From: Rhizaria sp. SCN 62-66
Lineage: Eukaryota
Direction: 5' to 3'
Length of the DNA stretch: 64,000 nucleotides
Assembly (NCBI GenBank): GCA_001724265.1
Contig: MEDY01000094.1
Location: forward strand, 1 to 64,000
In this document: one piece after another, positions 37,701-45,275 of the stretch
How positions within the stretch are numbered: the first letter of the stretch is position 1
Layout: every line of letters starts with the position of its first letter
Program-made: the position numbers and the translations under genes
The notes under the pieces: generated by a model
The model's database searches: none
Seen by the model: only the letters and a program-made list of their open reading frames with translations
What the model was told of the DNA's origin: nothing

Positions 37701-39084
37701 CGTCCTGGGCGTACTCGATCTGGACGACCTTAAGCGCGACAGCACGCCAGGCGAGCAGCGTGGACATGGCCTCCTCCTTCTCCATCAGCTTCAGCAGCTC
37801 CGTATCCGCCTCGGCAAGCTCGGGGTAGCCCTGGAAGTTGCGCTTGTAGAGGTCGGCGTACTGAATACCGCGGGTGACCATCGCCTCCTGCTTCGCGGCG
37901 TCGATCTCGGTCTTGAGCTTGAGCTGCGCCAGAGTCTCCTCCTGCTGCCGCTCAAGCATGGCCAGCGCGGCGGGTGAGTGCGAGAGCTGCGCGAGGATGA
38001 GCAGCAGGCCCTGGTACTGGTTCTTCTGGATCGCGAGGCCGATCTCGGTGAAGTGCACCTCGACGCCAATGGCCGGCGCGGGCGGAGAGAGCTTCTGCAG
38101 AGACTCCAGCGAGCCCTTGTGCATGGTGAGCTTGGCCGCCATCGACGTCGGCGGCAGGATGTACGACCAGCGCGCCTCGTGCATCGTGGTGAAGAGCGAG
38201 GAACAGTAGTCGTAGTCGACGGGGGGCAGTGCGGAGCCGGGGACGGGCACAGGCCAGGGGGCGGGCTCGGTGCTGCCGCTAGCACCGGTCACGGCCTTCG
38301 ACGTGGATGTAGCGGCCGCGGCGGGGGCAGTGTTGGACTTGTTCTTGTTGTACTGCGCGAGAGCGGAGCCAGGAGCAGCAGAGTTCTTATTGTCGTTGTT
38401 GGTAGATGTGTGGGTGATGGAGTCGAGGGCGGCACGCATACTCGCGTCGTCAACCTGGGTGGGCGTGTTGAAATAAACGCACACGTCGTTGACGGCAATC
38501 TGACGGCGGCCGGCGACGGTGGTGTCGATGCACTTAGTGACGGGGTTCCACTGCGCATCGCAGGGCTTGACGGAGACTTCGCGGATACCGACACCGAGGT
38601 TGATGTTGGGGCCCTCGAATACGACGTGAACGCGGTCAACCTGCACCGTGACGTGGTCGACGATAGTGTCTACGGTGCGCATGAGGAAACCCTTGGAATC
38701 CTCCTGGATCTCCTTCTCGGGGAAGTTCAGCAGCTCCCAGTTGTCGAGCTGCTCGAGCTTCTGCTTCAGCAGCTGGGCAGCGGCCTCGGCCTCAGCCATG
38801 GGGACGTCCTTGCCAGGGCCGACGACAATCGACACATCCTGCACGAGAACCTTAACGGGCGTGCTGGTGAGCCCGGTCCAAGAGAGCTTGACGTTGAGAA
38901 GGCCGACCTTGCCAGCCTTGATAGAGACCGGGAGCTTAAGGAAGTCGAAGGCGTCGGGCTTGACTTCGACGTTCTTCAGCGTGAGCTCACCGCCCATAGA
39001 GAACTTGAGCTGGTCGGAGGAAACATCCTTCAGGAACTGACCCACAGTGCTATTCAGCACCTTGGACAGAATGCTCTCAAACAT
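19744..39084 (-). CDS. VPS13: VPS13-family bridge lipid transfer protein, 6446 aa, intronless
   Basis: Chorein-N start (MFESILSKVLNSTVGQFL...LPVSIKAGKVG), WEPLMEP, SHR-BD/VAB-like repeats (LYAPYWIFDSS; FAPRFVIVNR; YRIENRT; YTWDQP), and C-terminal YKILGSVEFLGNPVSLV plus Gly-rich ATG2_C-like GFFKGLGKGLTGVV. Ends TAA. Confidence 0.95.
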   Translation of the reverse strand: MFESILSKVLNSTVGQFLKDVSSDQLKFSMGGELTLKNVEVKPDAFDFLKLPVSIKAGKVGLLNVKLSWTGLTSTPVKVLVQDVSIVVGPGKDVPMAEAEAAAQLLKQKLEQLDNWELLNFPEKEIQEDSKGFLMRTVDTIVDHVTVQVDRVHVVFEGPNINLGVGIREVSVKPCDAQWNPVTKCIDTTVAGRRQIAVNDVCVYFNTPTQVDDASMRAALDSITHTSTNNDNKNSAAPGSALAQYNKNKSNTAPAAAATSTSKAVTGASGSTEPAPWPVPVPGSALPPVDYDYCSSLFTTMHEARWSYILPPTSMAAKLTMHKGSLESLQKLSPPAPAIGVEVHFTEIGLAIQKNQYQGLLLILAQLSHSPAALAMLERQQEETLAQLKLKTEIDAAKQEAMVTRGIQYADLYKRNFQGYPELAEADTELLKLMEKEEAMSTLLAWRAVALKVVQIEYAQDDKPFWRPKPSKGLFSGWFGPKGPAKPTKVADHALVRRMVLEPAAVQHEEEEKAMKNVNAKYVKIEVIARLDALSIKLMSPTRAPLLALAITGIGAEVRLRPSSTAVSAVVGAIEAVDHMTPGTVHEVFMRRSKRPAAAGRIGADRPLVSATVSLNDKAVNPDDGLDMKLGVELAAVDIIVNTGMLLQLAQFFEPPAEAKFMGEAKERAMARFNDVRGSMQSAAVAALENRGRNLMDVRVEAPTIIIPNDPNDINSHVLVVDLGLLTFKSAPPSMEEIKEQKVLLQKATKDPGVLAQLPVSDQLRCFYDNFHVSLTALTVYAGAPSFLFAPDASVFIVRPFEVFVGLHVCLINAAQSTADAAIAQRAPAAAASSKDSKKDKKDKKETAVVVAPAPSQQRHVVLNLPQTIISVSLPAIEVTVSPLKVARLLRLVKALLRTLKSDADAKAQAEAASKVVANGSSLTARINNELNAIEAAEANAAAAAEASTNSSSTALTVAGKNSADDSSAGEKTPAAPAVNPEAINIALDFKLGLICVTIANDLVPEFPVDVLSLAIKDIAVDFQMRPYDMSVKTALGGMFIEDCLHAFSPSTKYLMHTSTVPVTAYNSKFAPFAPAQSPLAQPGATLTAAFMAVQVDLVQRESPRYAYANTIVNAQFGKVNLAINRESLPALMFFFIKQLMPNKFIVNVEDATQGSAILDDEADAAAAGATKDAAAAKDAPAPAAGKKSAAATAATATSVGLEPDAGFAPSFDSPGYATSVDTSSVEVDIEAAAARSAYLEDSEFDTLYDRLYAGEDAELAALIAEDEAERARAQRRAAEREAQVDQLLAKLKNDTITSVELLLLHRRANLQVQTRLLALKDELANVERSGGGFDRRVELSGQIAALEELLQRRRARLLALRSRERVTKNDSRVFRVSSAVCDETQRVGVLAVPKNLSGRAVALDRALRSGDIPVSAKPGGAVSVPPSTAMLTGTERAVAPLFSAHDITEEKADEAGFKILSLSVLVAATFAGVTVTLNSRGTGVLGLAVTDFTTGFAQADSGMAVRAQLGAFTVSNLAVKKDVKATRDYVDLALRAPSLSPETIAAATAATAGATAGAAPSALRQASINPSASGKDALAGAAGELHAYVHHWFKAQSSAPKNASARVQRAYLNRATAKVEYPEIVYTSTTAAKALDTGFGDEDEDDEDNVAGNSKAGTALIDVSFYMRTPEPVVLDDLDEEEYFSFAHAIAVMRAGGIDEAARDVATARGLFFASSAPASSAALAIVPPRGHGLAAIREVATPRAAGTGSPASDGKSGDAFSFDPSPLPEPAPSGFENDYNVPALAVLTQGRAPRFAHSMVVRAKFSGLRVVACYKFVDSALAWAKDIDKVIAAVTAVPAAPAGVQTPADIAAAAVANSSKLHSKNSKAGSVAGSKKGSAVHSANGTPGAGANSVRRSSAGAALLGGAMSKTTNRDAFATPSAPARGLALPSNAPTGPVAAKPSTTALSAAESKPLMLISLSVDLEDIAVVIPASSTSPELLVLRLDGIHINNKVKLARASAVAKQAASAPGAANAFSGSATPVSAARALPSTRTGASFNAGTSFDGAAPAGASPSLNSRPSVALGRRPSALIRQLSSRAGLGGATPTLGARALSTQDDSDSDEFLEMEEGAFSVSGALFVNQEDYFHSLPTSAQPDLANRVIATTPSRTLINTPSTASGAAPAKRETPASVVGATIDYCSLQVQYNVHISGLSLASVCYLDQHGGREQSAAPRVSPSTFLRKIDLLQLSAVLLSATQHVYAPMLSIADSVLARARVEEEARAAKVPLSALMAARTGLYITQHTHQPPLDLPDWAVQAGLPDLNVILSQPHMSLALSLMADDGRFKGLLNERTDLTFPKYAPPTASSPREWARVIRYSKAAAAAAQASKSGFRASLVMGRPTLHARAGAKANDSAPGAPAAAPAVSNNRRATDADVAALMLARSSGPAVTNSVTRTRLNSKLHNGGSVAGSKKGSALGSRIASAIGSRLGSRRGSVNDDAWGLNKAAEMTGPVAASKPISFAVQFELTQLALQLVTDPSKASSASIALTLGLYTNANMKSDGALRVLAEVSDICMVNAVLSSANPEKLRSEIAALPVTAAIIKPFSVVVEMAQTASPVPAAIIRPSPAVVGATGDYGGVRSSDHAVAVPAKQRLSAFVGLTDIDVKLSYNDYELVFAVIGTLSMPPAAPTAVTDNAPAPENGAAAAADAAPAAEPAAPAPAPAPAPADTGLMKYTYGDMSVKVVLNNVSLLLVNDAPGFPLPFARFGVSDVCVGLEAFGHKRVITVKSRVFGDFHNGSLVQWEPLMEPTTFEIELAECVTLPMRVSVRSVGKMNFNITRAMMDGLAQSLELLSAAQKAQMKRIRARQRQLRSSVSSTSRGSTNGSIINDQSVLDVMSSTASSSSAASGGFSFFRLNNGTELPVKYCFGILPSDAGAAAATSMSNARGITDRSSSLSLRHKLRASARFNRVAHMPRALKELAHILTEEEMLRHDGGYLPCTQEASEFVHVAAAELAPAASKEAQAAAKAEAAKAAEDDGKVDRRAENKLLFRWLVWRYVASERLRKEREVQNYTKTLERYSACPLFFDDDILSKMTGTIGDNMRAFADIEDDEAAAAAAEEMGIVHKTRAQRLAEMEEAERVSRREAAYRPFKRLINLQVDGYLPLTNVAVDSVGSRMYQLLPGPLMIRSASARHVGETPFDPATLVRSIVLDVSIINGVKCVSLHTTTAVVNLTDTPLIFDGATLMPGQHHFLPMTYRVQGFSVQPASKAEPTLASATHSPSPVVPFSALVTGKTIQCAPTVAGDAPFTAVVQSWARQGCIYWALTAPIAVTNMLSEAAVVQVTALPGKTANKLAAQAVEAQKQARAAGTTTGAAASPASSAPARSGMSDYSVADSKLTGVSLASTSALIAPTHAMRSYLAAPLLTSPAETTTDKDGNAVPFSKEDAPVFALSVKIPGIGVSWSEPLVIDKKGSKTLTLRCRDRAGRAMLVYAEVSYAPFLTAKRGAARAHVPNIYTSEQQASPSAAMADNSGLISSCDISAAVAAGHGVVTAATYAAVKVVLYAPYWIFDSSNLGVIVSETREDTAERLCLTQAQLVDAGVDPQERVLRRLRTALTEQGKQDGAESTTVVDPATAAANVFQLAAAGGAETAAEVVEDRCWARAVMFSPAKLVEGTSTQVYCRLAKPLDQRRADAQAQGKVTSFATEWSDKMSLDAVGAMTLLTLTSMTQHTYPAAPRVQDQTTYQVSALIRNGTGAFRRTKFIYFAPRFVIVNRLPLPVLLRQHHVEDQSALKMQVAEAAALRASAQADEEEKNAENGNGWLVARGEGDASAEGKAAALEARKEARALITQDIAYHVAACSSTTDSTELYLRHGEVDAWHYPYSKQKRLVAFRMLTPEDSAAEAIDEAVTAREQAELARIKRTAIEAASAARAAKKSRAGVRFDSDDDDDDEGGADEDEVDEETVDADVDTVDATELRTALPHYIPERDGSGVMSARRAVDKAEVTAAAKEAARKSAAAGKGKGKGKKSRKGKGKADAVSAAKPWEEGEWGWSGFIDLDKVGESTLTLRNTATHQSFMANVRILMSGPDVRGATGNSVTIVLEPQSLVFPRYRIENRTSCDTFRFTQSGSQDWTTLAPYETAVYTWDQPLGEKELEVSILSGLQTINKKFSLEEARSLGRVTVPGSVEANALVEMTSAATATSMSAVGTSNGSSVGAQRSTVSSLVMQSAVVTTQTGGMNPILSATSQRATHDVFVSVVAEGPTRVLVLSDFPLPETSVDLVTHQLLRTPAARAGVLAAADKYSIGLRGSDSLNIAEARQQARSQSGRSGEGLALADDEAALHPYSAQAKRARLAAAIDPLTGANLAELYDGIDLWAGRTDDVDTEFHDEDDDAAAARKEADIDALIWDAGVDALDGLSAADTVVMVRLRAQAVAALKEDHARVEAQKALVAQLAALQQLNSNNANNVDSGVSATPARVATHLQPLCVSDVAYLCVRVVEARWLTAGGMDGLSDCYAVLTLHNQSYKTDIAAHTLNPYWNNELFFKLDGDLLAAIRRSAAEAEAAAEEAEADGEVSLALSEKAFSTLNKAALKIAVFHKNKVTSDTFLGGVIVGNLSCIARGQAAYDAARVAAMYSAAGVQSAASSKITAGVTGLLGARGGSDSGKKSGAVAFGLGAVPEGDEDDLDADEDHEEGKDGNDHKHEKKGKGKGKSVTIAAPAKKTEKPTPLPAAHIADVFDEVSETSDDPWDMCPVKFMTRWLQLHAVRQNKRLHGQLNIAIGFAPNELTRQALILHELQADLAHQVSLLAQLTEKFASQLRDLDVGKIDLNTLQILADEATVNAAIAGMGSSSVGNNTSSSLGTVAPSSAGLSVVFEADENAASSSSLASARGSSNAANASANAKAAEKPKKKGGFFSCCSSSSAADEPDAPAPRSSNAAAASNNNSSGALVPSNSGSMQPRRGTANNASTAAAPAPKLSSGAVKKAQQHLDALIKSLALAAEKRRADAAKLRQEYVLTVRLQSVQVSQEHILGCLRDAGKTLSKAWRPVKVRGLVQCNGHTQLIDLFEIQLTNSGVAALEDARGRRDINKIAADAAVSGSGATSRMGALMRIASLHPNLGGVGSQLPLTLVPCTGVMPGSIVIKRNLIDELDDEDPNNPSTSTHNPSSPVAADGASAEGAVANSSSLTPASAAPASPTAGSAAAADAAKKAEDKNKEKTAVLPPGTRGVELVPEGESIELTFTVPLSLVQPALRAMANEEVPSSAAVLSLHILTETVRELPNSAAAKATAAATAADASAASPSGTTGEPETPSGEQRAMATAATIAGVGLTTGTASVAHLPFSTETAFVSCGEVLIPLHTVALATTPEEDAAAAAKAAAATAAAAKKAKAGELVQETLVFDALMRDSRTLLPGPTWHFAVEDSSLSPRNAKALSRVGLASELTPAPVPYTAPPVMGVTKEDIERAFKEAKMKAKASDSTGSLRLHTGLEGVQASLALQKANAQNLRRVSEGAPSAISMSSLMSSSMLPAESTQLEAALAATKAKADAAVSAAAALALPVAPVRVLATCQLTMAKPLIDRESMEVRLAVDHVGLSLVDSANAGGGGASEVLYISIEGVVVSLTDSIATSAIELSVQAMQVDHQSSIVTAGPDAEAIVFGPSEDAIASGKPFIHIGLSRTKTAADYPVQVFKYATVLVQEIEVTIDESLIWQLLSVVNDILPRLVSEPDPTQYMLLDKRNMYHAEGHSSAAQFYFSLLHIQPLQLYLTFRANPDLRVGSEAMAFNPIQAVFNAASGVLGSIDAAPVCLNSLIVQDAYGDVATLLQPIVQFYVTQGIGQGYKILGSVEFLGNPVSLVSGVGAGVKDFFYAPAQGLVSSPKDFGTGIAKGSASLITSVTTGVFGAAAKITGSAGSGVAALTMDAEFQAKRRARGRKQVKHAGDGLLEGAKSLGHGIFSGLKGIVADPLKGARQGGVGGFFKGLGKGLTGVVTKTASGAVDMVTTTLKGVGATFSLLGALGEDEIVRTRRRLPRFIANNGALTVFQERDALAQYVIHQVPPPEEDECDVVDAYEVTGLTRSLGLGITENLGISETTVKALEDGDNDDLAATLRALELEITSATGTEADKTLGKKKKDLLTKMRRYRAKMERERVLLAFPLRTTSDVSDKAANDENEMSDSDLLVVVTDVRVLVVHARAAARMLAREGSGSSSNEAAKRFVRANVRLARMVDVFPQEVPGKNKKSPMQTRVVLSMLGKGTGSSADTDLSKRHFPARSLADAKLCALRMRALMSSSRVIQAHYGTRGAWYDVTYALAEQLALSPRGNTVVPNSTKDDRTSVTKSKSQQPAAAAAASSEEEDVDNDSGETAATYPVDTFRPSRWVKTLRRPRSSGDKDKGKVTVVNTPPATVASVLSSEAASRYASEREWYNKLVMLPGHLPDRVKLLVVTFKRGNEIIVKTMVQGETVVLI

Positions 39085-40084
39085 TGCAAAAGTGGAGAAC
39101 GAGAGAAAGAGCGCGGGATAACGCTGGAGGGAGAGTTCTTAGTAAACGCAGTCAGTTGGATCGTGCGTTAGGGGGAGCGGGGGTGCGGCAGAAGCAAAAA
39201 AGCTATGACGCAAGGTAGCACTACTGTGTTAAACGCAGACAAGAGGTTGGATCTCTTGTAAACACTCAAACAGCGGTGGGGAAGGGCTAAAGAAACCAAG
39301 GTTGGACGTGGCTCCTTGTTAAGCTCTGCGCGGCGGGGGGGAGGGGACATTAGACAGAAAATAGAGACGCATGAGAAGATAAAAAAGGCATACGCACAAG
39401 ATCTAGCGCAGCAAATAAGTCGAAATATCCTTGCAAATGAAAAACCAGCTCATGCAATGAGTAGAGACGTCCCAGCAGACTTGTCTCTTTAAGCGGAAGC
39501 TCAGCACAGCACTCCGCGCGTAGCCATTCAAAATGCATTCGAATGTAGGCACTTGCTCTCATGCATTGTTGCCAATAATTACACAAATATAAAGAACAAT
39601 GAAAGACCTCGGAGGGTTCTCCCAGTGGAAATCCCCGATGACCCTCGCACAGCGCGCAATTCACCTGCGAGTCAAGACAAGATTCAGTCCTGGACCGGTC
39701 TGTCTCGCGGAGAGGGGGAGTACGACACAGAAAATGACCGTGAGACAATCATTTTAGCGAACCAGTCGGCCACTCAACCATGTGGTGTCGAATCGCGAGC
39801 ATATCCAGCGCCACCAACCAATCGTGCAAGTGCATACAATCTCGTGAATCTGTTCTTACTATCGCTAATCTATATTCACAGCTTATCGAGCATGCTGCAG
39901 ATTTCGATAAGACCATAAACTCGCTTCATATCTTCTCCTGCTGAGCTCACTTCTTAAACCCCTCTCTGTCGTTCATTTCGACCTCTGATGCGCTGACCCG
40001 TTACACTCCAGTCCGCTCCAGACGTCTCGAGGAGGGTTCTTGCTCGCCTTTCTTGCTTTTGTTGGTGCCTTTTTAGCTTTCCCG

Positions 40085-41767
40085 ATGGCTTCCACGCAGA
40101 ACCCGCACGAGGCGCTCCGCGCGCTGCAGGCGACGTACGTCGCTCAGGACCAGGCCCACGTCTTTGACCACGTTGACGTCGCCGCGCTCTCTGCTGAGGC
40201 CGCTGCTGACATGCACGACAAGCTCTCTTCGTTGGATTTGCCGTACCTTAAGACCAAGTTCGACGAGCTTTCGCAGCCCCTGCCCGCGATTGAGATCACT
40301 CCCTTCACCAACGGGCTCGACGCCACGTCTCTCTCTGCTGAGCGCCTCGCCGCGCTCCGCAAGGTCGGCCTCTCGCTCATCGCTGAGGGCGCTGTGGCTG
40401 TGATCCTCCTTGCTGGTGGCCAGGGCTCTCGCCTCGGCTCCGCGCTGCCCAAGGGCATGTTCCAGCCTGGGCTCCCCAGCGGCAAGCGCATCTTTGACTA
40501 CCACGGCGAGCGTCTCCTGCGTCTCCGCGAGCTCGCACAGAGCACCTGTGGCGGCAGCGGCGCGGTCAAGCTCCCTTGGCTTGTCATGACGTCTCCGGCC
40601 ACGCACGCCGAGACCGTGGGCTACTTCAACGCCGAGGTTGGTAGCGAGAACGGTCCCACGTTCAAGTACCCTGCCGAGGAGCTCACGTTCTTCCAGCAGG
40701 GCGCGCTGCCCGCGCTCTCGTTCGACGGCAAGCTGTTGCTCTCCGCGCCTGGCGCGCCCGTGCTGGCGCCCAACGGCAACGGCGGTATCTACAAGGCGCT
40801 GCAGACCTCCGGGCTGATGGCCAAGCTCGCCGCGCAGGGCGTCAAGTACGTTCACATCATCGGCGTCGACAACCTGCTCGCCAAGCCCGCCGACCCGGCG
40901 ATGCTGGGCTACGCCGCCGAGGGCGCGCTGGACGTTGTCAACAAGGTTGTCACCAAGAATGCCCCCACGGAGCGCGTCGGCGTGATGGCGCTCAAGAACG
41001 GCCGCGCAGCCATCGTCGAGTACAGCGAGATCACGGAGCAGCAGAGCACGGCCACGGACGCCGCGACGGGCGGGCTGCTCTTTGGCGCCGCCAACATTGC
41101 CAGTCACCTCTACTCGACGGCGTTCCTACAGGAGGCCGTGCGCCGCGCTGACGACCTGCCGTGGCACGTGGCGCGCAAGAAGGTCGCCACCTACACCCGC
41201 GACGCCGCGACCGGCGCTCTCACGGTCGTCGCGCCCGCGGCCGAAAATGGGATCAAGATGGAGATGTTTATCTTCGACTGCTTCTCGTGGGCTGAGACCG
41301 CCAAGACGGGGTACTACACCGTGGCGCGCGAGGACGAGTTCGCGCCCATCAAGAACGCTCGCGTCGCGCCCGTCGCCAGCGCTGTCCTCGCGCGCGCCGG
41401 CGCCGTGCCCCGCAAGTGCCCCAAATCGGGCGCTGTGTTCGTGCGCGCGCGCGTGGAGGACGTCACGGGCGACTCGCCCGACTCCGCCGTGCTCATGCTC
41501 GGCGCCGCGCACGCGCGCCTGCTGGCCCGCGCCGGCGCCACAGTTGCCGAGGCTGAGGAGGCTGTCGCGGCGCCCGAGGACGCGAGTGCGGTGACGGTGG
41601 TCGTCCAGGCGACGGCTGAGGTATCTCCGCGCATTGCGTACGACGAGTACGATGTTGAGAATGTGGCGGGCGTCTCTGGGAAGACCTTTGATGTGCCCGC
41701 TATCATCAGTGCCGCAATTAAAGCTCGTTTTGCTTTGATTCCGGACAATGCAGTGTGTGTTTGCTAA
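40085..41767 (+). CDS. UAP1: UDP-N-acetylglucosamine pyrophosphorylase
   Basis: LLAGGQGSRLG...PKG, PNGNGG, GVDN, VEYSE, KMEMFIFD, EFAPIKN motifs. First ATG at 40085. Ends TAA. Confidence 0.92.
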   Translation: MASTQNPHEALRALQATYVAQDQAHVFDHVDVAALSAEAAADMHDKLSSLDLPYLKTKFDELSQPLPAIEITPFTNGLDATSLSAERLAALRKVGLSLIAEGAVAVILLAGGQGSRLGSALPKGMFQPGLPSGKRIFDYHGERLLRLRELAQSTCGGSGAVKLPWLVMTSPATHAETVGYFNAEVGSENGPTFKYPAEELTFFQQGALPALSFDGKLLLSAPGAPVLAPNGNGGIYKALQTSGLMAKLAAQGVKYVHIIGVDNLLAKPADPAMLGYAAEGALDVVNKVVTKNAPTERVGVMALKNGRAAIVEYSEITEQQSTATDAATGGLLFGAANIASHLYSTAFLQEAVRRADDLPWHVARKKVATYTRDAATGALTVVAPAAENGIKMEMFIFDCFSWAETAKTGYYTVAREDEFAPIKNARVAPVASAVLARAGAVPRKCPKSGAVFVRARVEDVTGDSPDSAVLMLGAAHARLLARAGATVAEAEEAVAAPEDASAVTVVVQATAEVSPRIAYDEYDVENVAGVSGKTFDVPAIISAAIKARFALIPDNAVCVC

Positions 41768-42690
41768 AACTAACGCTTCATATGTTCGGCTTGATATGGT
41801 ACAGTGTAATAACAAACAATAACAACAATGCTACAAGGAGATCACTCAAGACTATTCATCGGTGATGGCAAGTATGACGAGAGTTACTATCTGAAAAAAC
41901 TACGAGTCGATACACCGGATGAATAAATAAATAAAAGATATATGATGAAAGTTATTCTCGTTTATTGAAAACATTTGAGTTTGAGACGAAGCTACTGGTA
42001 TTGTTGAGTAGTCAGGCGAATGTTGCGACTTTGCACTGAAAATGATAGAATTCGAACGATACTATAGTAAGACAAATAAGAACAAAGCGAACATGCGATA
42101 TTGATAGGCTAAATCTAAACAGAATCTAAGTATGGTATGACAGGGAACAGTAGAAAAGAGGCACGATCTGTAAAACAGCGATTGTTGCAGTTTGTGTTTT
42201 GGAAGTCAGAATAGCACAAGACAAAACATCATGAGAAAGAAGAAACAAGAAATGAAAAGTGAAACGGGGAAATATAGAAACTACGATAATGAAGAACGTA
42301 ATGTAGCAGAAATGTGTACTCACGACGCAAACACATGGTCCGCTCTGGAAAGAATATCACCGTACAATGGAATTGACCATGCTCTAAGTGACTCTGAAGA
42401 GAACACACGCGCGAGTGATTGTCGCGGTGACAACAAGCAGTCTCTGTCATCAATAATGCACCACACAAACAAAACCTGAAACATCATCTCTGTAAAACAC
42501 AGTCTACATGTTGGGAGACAGGTCATAAAAAAGAGGAAGTAGGACGATGCAGTGAGAATATATAAGCATTAGTCGGGTTACTGAGAAGAGACTGCGACTG
42601 ATTGAGTCGAGAATTTTTTTAGTAAAAGAAAACAACAACAACATGAAACCGAACACAGTAAGATGAATAAAGGCCGTTGAACGTGCAGCT

Positions 42691-45275
42691 TTACATCATC
42701 GGCAGCCCCTCATGGTTGTTGTTCAGCTCGTCGCACAGCAACTCCGCAGTGAGATCAAACGGGGGCAGAAACCTGTCAACAATCGCATCATACGCGGGGC
42801 CCGCGTACTTGAGATAGAGCGCCTTCATGGGCGCCGGCGCGTCGTCGGTGGCCGTCTGCGTCGCGAGAAGGCCCTCGCCGACGCCGGGCTGCGGAGAGCC
42901 GAGGAACGGGTTCGCCAGGTTCGCGCCGAACCCCATGGCGCAGATGAGCATGTGGTTCATCGACAGGATGCAACCCGAGAGCGTAGGCAGCGCGAAACGA
43001 GTGAGGTACGCCATCGCGCGCGGCCACGCCGTCTGCGACGCGTTGAGCACAGTGGAGCGCGGCAAGCGCTGCACCTGTATCGAGGTCTTGGCGCGAAAGT
43101 GCGATGTCAAGGGTCCTCGCTCAAGCACAGCGGCATCACGCAGGGCGTCCAGCTGTGCCAACGTGGTGCGGTGCGCGTGATGCGTGAGCAAGATGTAGCG
43201 GGTCAGGAACACGGCCGCAGCGGCGATCGCACTCGGGCGGTGGCCACTGTTGAGTAAGAGTAAAGCAAGAGAAAAGAAATGTAAGAGAAAGTGCACTCAA
43301 ACAAAAAGTAAAAGGATGCAATCAAGAGAAACAATATGAAATATGAAGTCAGTTAAGTTTTAAATATTAAAAAAATGGCGACGTACATGTAAAGCGGCTC
43401 CTGAGCGGCGAGCTCAATGATGAACATCGCAATGTGCAGTCCGAGCCCAGTAACGTTGCCAGCACGCGCGTAGCGGTAGCAGAAGTCGAGCGCAGTGGGC
43501 AGCGTAAGACCGAAGTTAAGCGTGGTGAGCATCACTGTCTCCATGCGCAGCACCTCGCTGCGCTCGTACGAGTTATCGGAGATGAAGACAAGCTGGTCGA
43601 CGAGCGGCGGGTGGACGTCCTCGTACTTGGCCGCAATCAGCACCGCGGCGACACCAACGAGCTGCAGCTTGGCGCGATGCACAGGCTCCTTGCTGAGCAT
43701 ACGGTCGACGTAATGGATCGCGAGGAACAGAGTCTGCGGCGCGAGTTGGTACTCTTCGACCACCTCAACAAGCCAGTCGATCAGGATCGAGCGCATCGTG
43801 TGCGTGAGGTCGGTCTGCACGTTTTCGATGTAGTCCGGCCGCGGGCAGTTGGCCATCTCGGCGCGCACGAGCTGGAAGTAGATCTCGTCCTCGTAGTCCT
43901 CGCACGGATCACGCACACCGCCCATCATAGCGGGAGGCGCGTTCTGATTCTGAGCCTGCTGCGCATCAGCTTGCGCCTGCGCTTGCGTAGCAGCTTGTGC
44001 CTGTGCTTGTGCCTGCACTTGGGCTGCAGCATGAGCTTCAGCCTGCGCTTGAGCCTGGGCTTGTGCATGTGCCTGCTCATAGACCTGGGCAGCATCAGCA
44101 GCTTGCGTAGCGTGACTGACAATTCTCGCATCAGCATCATTGGTAATGTTAGTTGCATTGACCGCGGCCGCAGAGTCACTATCGGAAGTGTCGCTTGCCA
44201 ATCCGCGCGTCGACGCTTGCCCGAATGACATGTTGGCATCGCCGGCGACTGTACTAGCCGGGGAAGCGCCGCCCCCAGTGGCAGCCGCTGAGACGCCAGT
44301 GAGGTCGTGGACATGCGAACGCGCCGAGCCGAGGTCGCGAGACGAGTTAGGGTCATTTAGGCCGTTGTTATGACCGTTAGCAGTCGCGATCATGCCAGAA
44401 TTGGCACTCGAGGTCGACGCAGAGGAGGAACCAGGGAGCGAACCGGAGGCGGATGCAACGGTGAGCACGTAGCCGGTCGCTACGGAGTCAGTGGCAGAGG
44501 CCGGGGGTGGAACAGCCGGGCCAAACACGCTAGCGCCGGCATATTGTTGCGGCTGTTGAGCATAGTGATGATTGGCAGCGTTGTTGCTCGGAACACAGTC
44601 GCCGTAGACGGCCGACTCAGCCGTCATCGCGGTCAGCGTCGGGGGACGCTCGTCCGCCATCGGCAAGCCCGCGCTGGTGTCGGCCGCAGAAAGCGAGGCG
44701 TCAAGGGATGCATCATCACTCTCAGTGGCCGCAGCAGCAGCAGCGGCAGCAGCAACGGCGGCAAAGGAAGGGTGGTCGTTGCGATAGACTTGGTGTCCAT
44801 GCGCCCGTGTTGCGACAGCATTGGGATAGCGAGGCGACTCATCAACCATGTCGGCGCCAGCAGAACCGTGGGTGGGCATAGCAGATAGGTCGAGCACCGC
44901 AGGAGCGCGAACGGGGGCCGCGACAGGACGCGAACTTCGGGTACGCGACCCTGCCCGCATTGCGGCGCCAGGGACGGCGTTGGGCGCAGCCATCAAGTTT
45001 ACAACGGGGGCTGATGCGTTGGCGCTGACGGATGCGAAAGCTTGACGACGGTCTTGGGGGCGCGCGGACGCCTTGACAGGCTTGTCAACAGCGGAAGGCA
45101 CAACAAACCCAGAAGTGACCGTGACGGAGTTCTCGGTTTGGTTAGCAAAGTGGGAACCAGTGGCGGCGTCCGCGTGGCCAGTCTGGGCACGGGTCCGAGT
45201 CACGACCGGGGTACGTCCTGAGCGGACGCCCGCTGACAGCGGCGCGGAACCGTTGGAGCCAGGAACTTGCGACAT
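42691..45275 (-). CDS. A-type (A/B-class) mitotic cyclin; exons 45275-43387 and 43246-42691
   Basis: Cyclin box MRSILIDWLVEVVEEY...TLFLAIHYVDRML...KLQLVG...AKYED. Intron 43386-43247 (GTACGT...AACAG) joins EPLYI|GHRPSAIAAAAVFL. D-box-like RQAFASVSAN in the N-terminus. Ends TAA. Confidence 0.9.
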
